A DNA stretch of 64,000 nt, from NCBI GenBank assembly GCA_905178155.1, contig CAJINV010000011.1, positions 2,035,894 through 2,099,893 on the forward strand, in the 5' to 3' direction. Positions 50,938-62,400 of this stretch are shown here, in pieces. Position 1 is the stretch's first letter; every line of letters begins with the position of its first letter. Made by a program: the position numbers and the translations under genes. The notes below the pieces were generated by a model, which was given only the letters and a program-made list of their open reading frames with translations, was not told the origin of the DNA and did no database searches. Source of the DNA: Amoebophrya sp. A120. Taxonomy: Eukaryota; Protista; Dinoflagellata.

Positions 50938-52472
50938 TCAGCACGTGCGATCCTTGCTGGCTGCTGCACTGGAAGGTGAGTTCCTGCCGCTTTTGTACTT
51001 CTGGCAATGTCGACAGCTTTCCATCAGCGTCTTCGCCCATTCGATGCCGCTGTTCTCCCCGCCGTCGAGACCGCTTCGCTCCTTTACCTATCCAGATGAA
51101 AATTCTTCCCCCCTCCCAGTATACCTAAACGAAACTCAGAATGGCAGATGCCTAGCCTGTCGGCCGCCCAACAGGATCTCCACAAATCGCCTGCATAGTG
51201 CGGCGGCGGATTTGTGGTGACAAATCATCAGGTTCACAAACATAATCAATCTTTCCGAAACTCATACCTGATTTTGCAACGGGGAGTAGGGGGGATTTAG
51301 ATTTCCCTTTATGATATCGCTTGTCGTGTGTTCAGCACCGTGAGCACGCCGTAAATGACCGGTTTTTGACTGTCCAGGTTGAGCCGCATGACGCCCTGCG
51401 TGGCCGTATCCTAAGCAAAATACGCGTCCCCACGACCCCAGAGTCAAGTTCAGGACCTATAGCAATACAAAGACAAATCCAGCGGCTACTTGAGGAGTCA
51501 GAGTCACGCATAACAAGATCTAAATTGTATAATTGTCGTGCATTTCAGAAAGGACAGCCGTGAATCTTCACAAAGCCATCTCCTCGTCCTGTTTACAGCA
51601 TTACAAATGCCAAAACAGGCTTGGGAATGACTTTCATGGATATCGTGCGCATTTTTACAAGTGTTCCTGTAGATATGCAAATGTGCACGACAGCTCTGGG
51701 GTGGGGACGTTTTTGCTCAGGATAGACCGCCTCCGCGATGTACTCGAAGTGCATCGTTTCGCCCTTGACCAGACACCCGATCACCAGCACGCCGTCAAAC
51801 TATCACAGCAAAAAGTGTTAACGTTAATGGAAAAATTTGTGAAGCAGTAATGCACCACTAAACGCGCCATCAAATTTTGTCATGCATAATAAAGCATGCA
51901 TAATAAGCTCAGTGTCCATTTGTGATGCATGACTGCAATCGGTGAACACCGTTAGCGTTACCACTTTTTCTTGTGATACAAACTGGGGGAGCATCACGCT
52001 CGCGGCCAGTGGCAGCTCGTACGCGCCCGCCACCCGCTCGACCGTGACCTGGGCGCCCGCACTTTGCAGCGTCGTGACCGTATGCATTGCAAATATGTCT
52101 GGGTCTGGAAATTTGTAATGCCGGATTGTAAGTAGTGAATGCTCTGCAATGCACAGCCAAGCACGAGAAATTGTATTTGCGTGGCTTGGTGTTACGCTTT
52201 CCGCATGACGAACTGCGTCTTTGCGTGACAAGCAAAACAAAGGGTCTCTTCTTGGACGCGCATCATCACAAACTCTTTAGTCATGCCAGACAAGCATGAC
52301 AAACCTTGCATCCTTGTTGCAGACCCAGACATATTTGCATTTGATAGACCGCGCCGTCGAGCAACGAACCACAAATTTCCGGATTCCACCGCGCGCAGAC
52401 GATGCCGACCTTGATGCCCGTTCCGTCAAAGTCCTGCTCGGGCAGGCCACGCAGCGGATCCTTCGAGGCCAT
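50938..52472 (-). CDS. ribH: 6,7-dimethyl-8-ribityllumazine synthase (5 exons)
   Basis: KVGIVCARWNPEIC, VAGAYELPLAA, FDGVLVIGCLVKGETMHFEYIAE, PVIYGVLTV, NSGIEWAKT. Confidence 0.93.
51407..51724. mobile_element. Introner family B
   Basis: TSD GGCCG/GACCG. Confidence 0.85.
51801..51978. mobile_element. Introner, singleton TIR TATCACAGCAAAAAGTG
   Basis: TSD CAAAC; removal gives MLPQF|DGVLVIG. Confidence 0.88.
52081..52346. mobile_element. Introner family A
   Basis: TSD GACCG; removal gives DGAV|TTLQ. Confidence 0.9.
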
Positions 52473-53180
52473 TTCGACGCTCCGAAGTACTTAAGTATTC
52501 TACTTCAAATTAGAACTACTCCTTTTGTTCAAAGTCCTTTATGAAAGAAAAAGGAGAGGCTCTTCAAATCAAATTGAAAACAACTGTTCGTGCTGTCGAG
52601 AAAAAAAAGCCACAAACCACGACCACTGTGACCGCCCTTGATGCAGTAAAGATCTATTTATGTAAAGAAAATTATACCATCGGCTCTGACGTAAATCTTC
52701 AATCATTCTTTATTCGAAAAAACTTTGAACCGCGATGAAGATGTCTTTTCCTGTAGCTATCGATCTTCCACCTCTGGCGCTTGTGATGAGCTCTTCTTGA
52801 GACCGAAAGGACACCTGCACGGTGAGGCAGCTAAAACGTCGTCAACAGAACACTTTTGACTTCAATTTTCGTCGAATGATAACAGCAAGAATGCCTGCTA
52901 GTTGTTGTTCGGCATTCTTATTCTTTTCCGTTCCATGACCCCTTCATCTTGGCTCAAGGTCAAGCTTCACTGTATTTTCGTCCAACGTGCGGGAAATTTG
53001 CTTGCCCTGCTTCATCATTGGAGGTCGGATAATAGTACTCATCCTGTAGTTCGTCGACGTGCTGTTCTTGGTCACTATTAATGTAATGAATCACTCACCC
53101 TCGTTCTTTTCTTGTTCTGGCCTTCTAGAAAAAACCGTTTAGCCCTGCATCCTCACTACCACTTTCACACCCGCTACACG

Positions 53181-56100
53181 TCACGTCCCCGACAAGCCGT
53201 AAGCCAGAAGCTCCGCAGCGAGCTGGTCGGCTGCCGTGAAGTCGTATCCCAGAGAAAAAAGCAGGCTGGGCATAAGCATATCTGTGATGCAAAAAGAAAA
53301 TAACATCTGTCATGGGTGGCCCCATATGGCACGCTGCTTAGGACAGGCAACACAGATTTTTTTACCTATTTACCTTTGGTGCATTACAGATATGGCCTGC
53401 CAGTTTTTTTCTGGGAGATAAGTCGCCCGGTTTGCCCAGGAGCTCCACACACCCTATCACCTTCTTGTTCTTTTCCTCCTTACCTTGGTCTTCGTCTTCC
53501 TCAAGAGCAGGTTTGTCTTTGTTCCCGATAAAGAATTCTCCATTAGTCTTCTTTCCGGCAGTAGTTACGGGAGTCGGAGTTGTTGTACTTGATGAAAATA
53601 AATTCTCACTCGTCGAAGTGCCATCTTCCCCCTCGTGTACCATCGTGCCCCCATTCTCGAAAACCGGCACCGCCAGGACGCTCTCGCCCGGAGCCCAGAT
53701 TTTGTCCACGGAGCCGGACAGCCGTACTGTCGTCCCGCTATGCATTGCAAATATGTGGTCTGGGAGATCTGGAAGAGTCTGAGTTTATATATCATGCTAG
53801 TCTGGCATGACTCTGAGGTCTGTATCTCTCTCGTCTGCCATTCATTTCATTTCACTGAGACGGGCCCCCTGTGGTCGTCCTCGCGGTGTCATCCTGGCCC
53901 TCGGCTATTTTGCACAAATGTTGGCTGTGCCCAGCAAGATGACGGCTCTGCATAGGCAAATCTTGGCAATGTCCAGCAAGAACGGAGTTTCTCAAGCGGA
54001 ATACGCAAGACAGAACCACAAAAAAACTTGTCATGCTTGGCGGCGCATTACGGTAGTTGTGATGTGCAGTATTTGTATTACTCATTAACTTGCATCACAA
54101 CTTTATTCCAGACCTAGATCGATATTTGCAGTTTATACCCGCCCGTGCGAAACACTTCTTCCGCCGCCGAGGCCTTGGCGGAAAACCGCGCGTCCCAGTT
54201 GCCCGTATTAGTTGCAAATATGTCTGGGTCTGGAAGGATGCGAACTTGTCATGCTGGGCTCGCAGTTTTCCTGTGAAATCTGTACTTTTGCATGACCAAC
54301 AAAAGTCCTCGCAGCGTCTTTTGTCATACCAAAATGGAGCTCTTTCTCATGCAGACTGCGTATGAAAGTAAAGCGTTCTGCAAAATTGTCATGCGTGGCT
54401 GCATTTAGAAGTGTTTCCATCATCATCCATAGTTTATGTATAGCATCACAAGTTTCCCTTTCCAGACGTCCCGGGATATTTGCATTTGATAGCCGGTGGC
54501 AGCCCTCGCTACCAGCTCGCCCTCCGCCACTACCGCGAGGAAAAATCCCCCCTCCCCATATTGAAACGGCACGCACCTGAAAACTTTCGATACTGATTTG
54601 TTGTGGGCGCAAGTCGTGTCTTTCTTGCAAGAGGGCAAATAAAGAAAGTCCGCCAAATTACGCGAAAGGTTTGTGATGCTGTTAGACTTACCGAGAGGAC
54701 GTCTGTAATGCTGAGCGCCTACCCCAGAACACCCCTGCCCAGGGTCCGCATCTGTCCGCAGTCCTGTACTGCAGGACAAAGCTGATTTGTGTACTCAAAT
54801 CCCGCATCGAAGATATGGGGAGGGGGGATTTTTAATTTTGATAGCCGCGTCGTAGATGTACAGGATCGCCTGGAAAGTCAGCGTGGGTCGGTTGTAAACA
54901 TTTTCCAATCATTTTTATCTTTTGTAGTGATCGAACAATTTCATCCTCAGGCGCGAATCAATTTTTATCGCCAAGCAGTGTTTCTTTTCACACGTGTGCA
55001 CGAGAGCAAAAAAAATCTGGAACGACAAAGCGAAAGCACACCAATAAAACTGCCCGGCATATGAAATAATGTAGAAGACGCGTCAAACATTGTCGATTTT
55101 CAACAATCTGAATCAACTTCCTTAATACCCGCTTCGCGCCGAGCACGGTTGCGAGCATGCGGAGCCACTGGGCCACGAAGATGCAATCAGTACTGTCGGC
55201 ACGATTGCTGCGGCCCTGCTCCACCACGTTCTGCGTAACGAAGAACAAAGCGATTGCCTCGAGCATGATCTTCCCGCAGCGCTGCGCGAACCGCAGCGCC
55301 AGGGGCTCGCCCAACAAGCACTCCAGCACATCGGTGTGCTCCGCCCGCTGCAGCTGCACCGCCACCTATCGCACGAAAAACAAACTGTTTCACTGTAACA
55401 AAGAACTTGTGATGTTGCATAGAGATAGAATGGAACACAGAAGCTGCGTTTGTCTTACTTACTTACACATGCAAGAGCAAGACGATAAATTTCTAGGCGT
55501 GCTGTCTATTCCCCCTAGGAGTAGGAACAATATCCTCGCATGGAAAAACACTATAAAGTTTTCTTTCTCATTTGTAGCGACCTTGTGATGCAGAACTCGC
55601 AAAATCTTTACAGTGAAACACTTATCAAATGTAAAAATGTCTGGGTCTGGAAGAACGCAACTGGTGATGCTGCATTTGGATTCCAGAAGAATCTGTATTG
55701 CATGAGTACCAAGAGGAATGCAATTTTTGCTATGCGGAGAGGGCATTTGTCATGCGGAATAGGCATCAAGAAGCTCTCAAAAAATCTGTGATGCTAGGGC
55801 ATGCATCACAGACATCAGGGCTCATGCAAAACGTGCATGACAAGTGTCAGAATCTTCCAGACCCAGACATATTTGCATTTGATAACACTTTTTTCGCAGG
55901 ATACCACCAGTGCGGTAAACAGCGGCCCGTACTCGAACACGAACGGCGCGTGGAGTAGCGACGAGTATGGAAGCGTCAGGTTTGAAATCGACAAAGTTGA
56001 AATGATTTGCCATGCATAAAATGCAAGGCATGAAGTGCCTGTCTTGCCGGGATGACAAGTGAGGCCGACTGTCAGCCTGTTTAGGGTTTGCAGTAGAGCT

Positions 56101-58543
56101 GTTAAAGTAGCAAGACAAAAGCAATCTTCTGTGCCCAAACAGCGTGACAAATTGGATTCCGGTGCTCGGAAGATTTGCCATGCACTGCTTGGAAATTGGG
56201 CTTCCAACTGGTATCAATTTTAAGCATTACAAGTTATTTCAACTTTGTCGATTTCAATCCTGACACATCCATAACGAGGGTCGTTCTCGTTGTAGTACCG
56301 AGGTGAAACATTACAATTGAGTAACTTACAACCACAGCATGCGCAAAAGATCACGACCTGGAGGGAGTTTCATACATCCGGGGGGAGGTTTATTAATATA
56401 GCCTTCTCCCCGCACAGAACTGCCGCATCTCCCCGCGCGATGCTCCGACGGGATAACGAGATTTACTCCCTCAAGCTGGCGGTGTGCAGCAGTTCTGAGT
56501 ACAATAAAAGTACTATTTTCACATGACAGAGCGAATCGCGCACGCATCACATCTCCCAGGTAGTTCACAGTGTATTTTCCCTGCTGTAAGCAGCACATTT
56601 CATTTCGAGTTTGAGGAAGTAACAGTCAGTACTGCAATCATTCTTGTTCACTTCGATAGCAGAGGAAGAAATTGAATCTGACCCGTCCTGCAAAGATCCC
56701 CGAAAGATGTTCTTCCCCTGCGGATCCTCATTTGCTGCTGCCAAGCCACCGCTCCGCCTTTCCTCTCCGTCGCTGGACTCCAGTAAAGTTTTCATCTTCG
56801 CGCGCGAAGATCGCGCAGATGTTGATGACGCAGACTGATTTACGTCGCTGTTGCTGCCTCTTTGATGTTCTTCGGCGGAGAATATCAACTGCAAAAATGT
56901 CTGGGTCTGGAAGATTGCAACTTGTCATACTGTTTTTGGATTCCAAAAAAATTTGTATTGCATGACCAGCCCGAGGAATACATTTTGTGCTACACGACCA
57001 GGCCACTTCTCATGCGGAAGGTGCATCAGGAAGCCCTCTAAAAGTCTGCGATGCTAGGTCATGCATTACAGGCATCATGGGTCATGAGAAATATGCATGA
57101 CAAGTCTTGCATTCTTCCAGACCCAGACATTTTTGCATTTGATAGAGAACACGGGCGTGCGCGTTTTGCGCACGAACCTGCCGTATCAAATGTAAAAAGG
57201 TCTGGGTCTGGAAGAATGCAACTTGTCATGCTGTTTTTGGACTTTAAAGAAATTTGTATTGCATGACCAGCAAGAGGGGTGTAGTTTGTGGCACACGGAC
57301 AGGGCATTTCTCATGCGGAGAGTGCATCCGGAAGGGTTCTAAAAATCTGTAATGCTAGGGCATACATCACAGACTATCATGGGTCATGAGAAGTATGCAT
57401 GACAAATCTCGCATTCTTCCAGACCCAGACAGATTTGCATTCCATATCCCGCTCCGCCGTCCCGAGCGCGACTCCTGTTGTACTTCTTCCTCCGTCCTCC
57501 CGTCGCTGGACGCGGGACGCGCTCGTCCTGGCGGAGCAAGTAGAAATGGGTGTGCACTCTCTTTTCGGTCTACCGGCGAAGAAGCTCCCACGCGCCCGTC
57601 ATTTTTACCACCGGAGGACTGGTTGTGGTACAGCGGCTTTGAAGATGTTGTTGACCGCGGGGGTGAAGTAGGCGAGCAAGTTTTTGCAACTTTATGATCT
57701 CTGCTGCTGTCCAGCGGCGCGGTGTTTTTAGAGCCGGAGGAAGTAGTCGCGCCTTTGATATTTCTACCACAGTAAGAACCCGGCCGGGTGGTAGAAGAAG
57801 TCGAACTTGAACTGGTAGACGGCAGCAAACGCCAAGCAGGCGGCAGCTCCCCCTGCGGTCCCGGACGCGTGCCCCGCTTGTTGCTGGCGACGAAAGAGGG
57901 CAATAAATGATCGCCAGCGGCGGGGTTCGCAGCCTTCGTCCGGAAAAAACTTCTGCAGGGCCGTGGGAAGATTCCTTCATGTTTTTGCTGAATCGGAGAA
58001 GTTGAACCCATGCAACGACCCTGAAGAAGCCGCGCCCGCGGACATCACAACCTACTACAGCGATCTTCATATCTCGTCGTCACAACTTGAACCTATGCGA
58101 GCAAAAGAGGTACTCAAATATCAAACTCTACCTTCCTCGTCTCTCCCCTCCGCCACTTCACGATGAAGGTAGCCGTCCCGCTCCGGTGAAGCCATACTCT
58201 GCTCGCTTGGGGGATCGAATGCAGTCCGCTCATCCTCCTGTAGTTCCTGCCCACTGCACTCCGAGTTGTGTCCCTCCTCGCGCACGCGGTGCCGCAAGGC
58301 GTGGGTCAGTTCCTTCAGCTTTCCCACCTGCAGCTCCAAGCACTGGATGGTGCGAACGTGCGCGTTAATGGTGTCGTCCTTCTGGCGCAACCGCTTCTCC
58401 CAATGGGAGGGGGAGTAGACAGGCGCAACGCCTGGGACGAGCGGGAGGTCGTCTTTCCACGGGAAGGCATGACCGTCGCCGGGACTGGCCGTGCGGCCTC
58501 TGCTGGTGCCGGCGGCGTCAGACGGGTCGGTGGCGCTTTCCAT
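53181..58543 (-). CDS. Coiled-coil and GAF-domain-like protein, multi-exon
   Basis: N-terminal heptad-like WEKRLRQKDDTINAHVRTIQCLELQVGKLKE; C-terminal GAF signature SVLAVPVF...VIGCVELLGKPGDFTAADQLAAELLA. Confidence 0.6.
53245..53420. mobile_element. Introner family G
   Basis: TSD AGTCG. Confidence 0.9.
53739..54137. mobile_element. Introner family A, enlarged and degenerate
   Basis: TSD CCCGC. Confidence 0.82.
54206..54491. mobile_element. Introner family A
   Basis: TSD GCCCG/GCCGG. Confidence 0.85.
54531..54843. mobile_element. Introner family F
   Basis: TSD GCCAC/GCCGC. Confidence 0.85.
55367..55903. mobile_element. Outer introner (TIR TATCSYRCGAAAAA..TGTTTCACTGTAA) containing a nested element
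   Basis: TSD CCACC. Confidence 0.85.
55623..55884. mobile_element. Introner family A nested within the outer element's TIR
   Basis: TSD ACACT. Confidence 0.9.
55966..56273. mobile_element. Introner family D
   Basis: TSD ACGAG. Confidence 0.9.
56883..57144. mobile_element. Introner family A
   Basis: TSD GAGAA. Confidence 0.9.
57184..57446. mobile_element. Introner family A
   Basis: TSD TGCCG/TCCCG. Confidence 0.88.
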
Positions 58544-59449
58544 GAAGGTGAAGCGTGTCAGCCAGAAGAGGCTGCAAACTCACCAAGAATCATTTTTTTT
58601 TTCTTTGGAAAAACCTAGTTAACGCAACACGGACACATCACAACAAACAACCATTCCGGGACGAAACAAACAGGCACAACGCACGGATATTACGGGACTC
58701 GTCGTGAACGGCACTCTAGAAATAAAACACGGGCACATACAAGACCTGGCGCAGGATTTTTCCGTTTTAACCAGCAGAACATCAAAGAGACCGACTTTCA
58801 ACTGATTTCGCAACGAACACGTCTCTCCGGAGCAACAAGAAAAGGTCACCAGACAGTGCCCCTTACAGCAAACAAGCAAGTTGGTATGTTCTAATAGTAC
58901 TCGGGTGTATACGGAAACACTGCCTCTGATTTCGGTTCGACTCTAACTCGCACAAAGATCCGCTAGTATTTTCTTATGCCAAAACCTGGAATGCCGTAGC
59001 TACACCGATGGATTTGGATTCTTGATTCTTGTGCAGTCGGTACTACAATGTAAATGCTTTGAAGGACAAAAAAGGAGTACATGATGAGCAAGGAGGTAGA
59101 TTAGAGTCCGGATGAGGCTACAGAGACGAACGATGCAGTGAGTACAAAAAAACAACCTTTTCTCGGGACAATAGACAATAGAGATGAAGATGATCCGAGC
59201 ATAGTTAATACACTGCGACAAGAACCTAAGGATCATCGCGATTTTCGCAGGGAGAGCACGTCAAATTGGAAGGTCGAAGGCTTTGACAAAAAAAAACCCG
59301 CTATCATCTGAGGAAATAGACAGTACTTCCTCTTTATGTTCAACGGCTCACAAAGATACGATGCTAGAAATTCTACTGCTTACGGACTTTTGACATCGCC
59401 TTTATTCCCCTCCATCAACTAACACCGTTCAACATGATCCGTCTTTCCT

Positions 59450-62400
59450 TCACAAGTGTTCCTTCATGGTCTGAAGGTACCCGTAGGCCAGCTTCAGCGC
59501 GCCCTGGCTGGTGGGGTGAATGTGCGTGACGTCCGGGGCGGAACCCACCAGGCCGAACAGCTCGTGCACCGCAATGGGCACCACCTTCGTTTCCGGCCAC
59601 TCTTTCTGCAAGCTATTACAGTGAAAAGTGCCCCCCATCCCTGAAATTGCAAAAATTTATGATGCGAAGTTTCCAAATGAAAACTTTTTGTCATGCATGA
59701 AAGGAGTATGAATCTTTCTGATGCAGAGTATAGGCGTGTATCGCATCGCTTGCATGACAAGCGCCGCACTTGCTGGGGTCTTTTGCAATACAAATTTTTG
59801 CTATTCACGATCGGAAACCTGTGATGCTGATTGATGCAAGAGGGTGAATGTTTCATTTGGAAAGGTTTGCAATACAAATGCTCGCAAGTTCGGGTGTGGG
59901 GGCATTTTTCATTGTAATACAAGCGTGCGGCGAGCCGCTGGTGCGCCAGGTGGATGCGGCTCAATGTCGTTTCTATTGAGAGGAAAAATTCCCCCTCCCC
60001 AGATTGAAAACGCATTCGTCCGAAAATTTGCGATGCAGATTTGAGGTCACAAATCCTGTCTGTCTTGCAAGAAGGCAAAGCCTGAGAGTCCGCCGCATTA
60101 TGCCGGCGGTTTGTGATGCTGTTGGGCTTACAGAGCCGACATCTGTCATGCTGGTCCCCTACGTCAAAACCTCTCGACCCAGGCTGGACATATGCCTGCA
60201 GTCCTCTCCAGCAAGACAGGCCTGACTTGTGTACGCAAATCCAGCATCAGAAACTTCGTTTCGATATGGGGAGGGGGGATTTTTCATTTTGATAGTTTCC
60301 AGAAACGCGTTCCCGCTCCCCATACCCAACTTCTGCGAGAGCCCGAACAGAAACCTGGTTTGTTGGAAGTGGAAGAAAATACAGATTCACTTTGCGGCAA
60401 GACTAAGATCATAAACAGCAGCACACTTTCAATATACTGGTTCTTTAATTTGAATACGATAAAAGACAAAACGATACGCAGAAAGCTTGAGGCTGGACTC
60501 CGGGTGGAAGTAGCTGGGCAGCAGGATGAGGCGGGGCGCGTTCTGCTTGTCGGGGCATAGCAGGTGGAGGTACTCCCACTTTTCCTGCTCGAACAATCGG
60601 TCGATCAGCTCCAGGTACAGCTCCTCGGAGGATTTCTTTGCCTCCGCGCCCTCGGCATTAAAGACCTCCGCGAACAGGCGTCGCCCCTGCAGCAGGTCGT
60701 TGCCGCCGAGCGACACGACCAGCACGTCGTTCTTCCGGATGTTGTATGACATGCAATTATGTCTGGGTCTGGAAGAACGAAAACTTGTCATGCAAAATTT
60801 CCGTGCCCAATGAGGTCTGGAATGCAGGGCCTAGCATGACAGAATTTGTGAGGTCTCTATGATGCCTATCCTGCATGAGAAACTCCCTCTCATGTTGGTG
60901 AAAAAAGTGCAACTTTTGGTGATCACGCAAGACAAATTTTTGCATGCTCCAAACTTAGGCATGACAAGTTGGAACTTTTCCAGACCCAGACATATTTGCG
61001 ATGCATATGTTGCTGCGAAGAAACTCGTCGTGGGACTTCAGCCGCTCCTGCACGTAATCCGTGGCGAAACCCTGCTTCTGCACCAGAAGTCGCTCCTATG
61101 AGAGTAAACAACTCACCCTAGTCCCGCTTATTTGTATCATGGCATGAACAGCAACACAACCACCAGCACACGTCGTGGAGCCTGTACATGACAAATTTTT
61201 GATGCGCCGAGCTCTGTTGTACTGTTTAGCAGGCTCCCGGAATCATTTCTCATGCAAACATTGCCACAGAGAAGCAACTGGAGTTGTAATTTTCCATGAG
61301 AACAAATGAGGGGGAGAAAGGGTTGCGCACTCTCATAGCTCCCCCAGCTCGCTGCCCGCGATCGCGCCGTTGACAATATGAAAGCCTCAGGTTGGAAATT
61401 CTCAAAGTGAAAATAATTTGTAATGCAAAAAAACGACTCCAGTTGAAGCACCATTCCTAGTCGGCGCATGACAAATCTCCCGGGCACTCAAAACGTGTCT
61501 GTCATGCTAGTTAGGCAATGGGGTGCCCTTGTGTCGTGCTAATCAGCAGCCCAATTCTGAACCCGTAGAAGCACAATGGTCGGCCTCCATTGCGAGCTCA
61601 GCAATACAGGGCTTTTTGCGTCGCATTTCATGCATCACATCGGAGGTCTACGGGCAGTTCGTCCCTTGTGGCATCAGGCTCTACTAAAACCAATAAATTT
61701 ATTCATTCACTCATTCACTCACTACCCTCGTGATTCGATGCACTTCTGATGGCACATGTGGAAACACGATTGGCACCAACGCACTTCTGGTGGTGCGTGC
61801 ATTTACTTAGTCATAAAGTAGAAAGTATAACACGATGAGCATAGACAAACTTAAGCGCGAACTTTACGAAGTGCAACGTACGAGATGTGACGAGAGACGT
61901 CCTAGGACAGTGAAGCAAGGACGGCTACTGCCACACGGGGTCCCGCAGAGACCGAGCACAGGGCACCTGACCGTGGTACATCAAAGGCCTGGAGGTCTAA
62001 GCGGGTGCTCGCACAGATCGAGTCCAGGTCAACGAGTAGTACACCGTGGGTGCATGCTCACTACTACTCGAGGCCTCGATCTGTCGACAGCCCAAGCAAC
62101 ACAGGGGCGCGGCAAAAAGCGCACGACTGTCTACATACCGTGATGGTATGTACACTGTCGTCGCCAGCAACTGGCGATAAAAAAGCCTACAGACGATGGT
62201 ACGAAACTACGAGCACGAGCACAGACGTACGAACCGATTTTTGTTTTTCGTTTACGAAGTCATACCGATTTTTTACATGACGATGCAATACCGAAAAGGA
62301 TTTTGCACGAAGTGCCGTCGTGTAGCGATAAGAAACATTTTAGCAGCTGTTGCTTGGACGTATGAATCATCAAATGCTGCTTGTGGACGAACGAGCTACA

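Noticed and set aside
52945-52960. CATCTTGGCTCAAG resembling the 3' part of the dinoflagellate spliced leader
   Set aside because: Only a 13/14 partial match, on the strand opposite the genes, with the 5' part of the leader missing; could be chance.
61835-62143. 102-aa plus-strand ORF inside the 770-bp insert as a possible transposase
   Set aside because: Too short, with no DDE, HUH, tyrosine-recombinase or RT motif visible.
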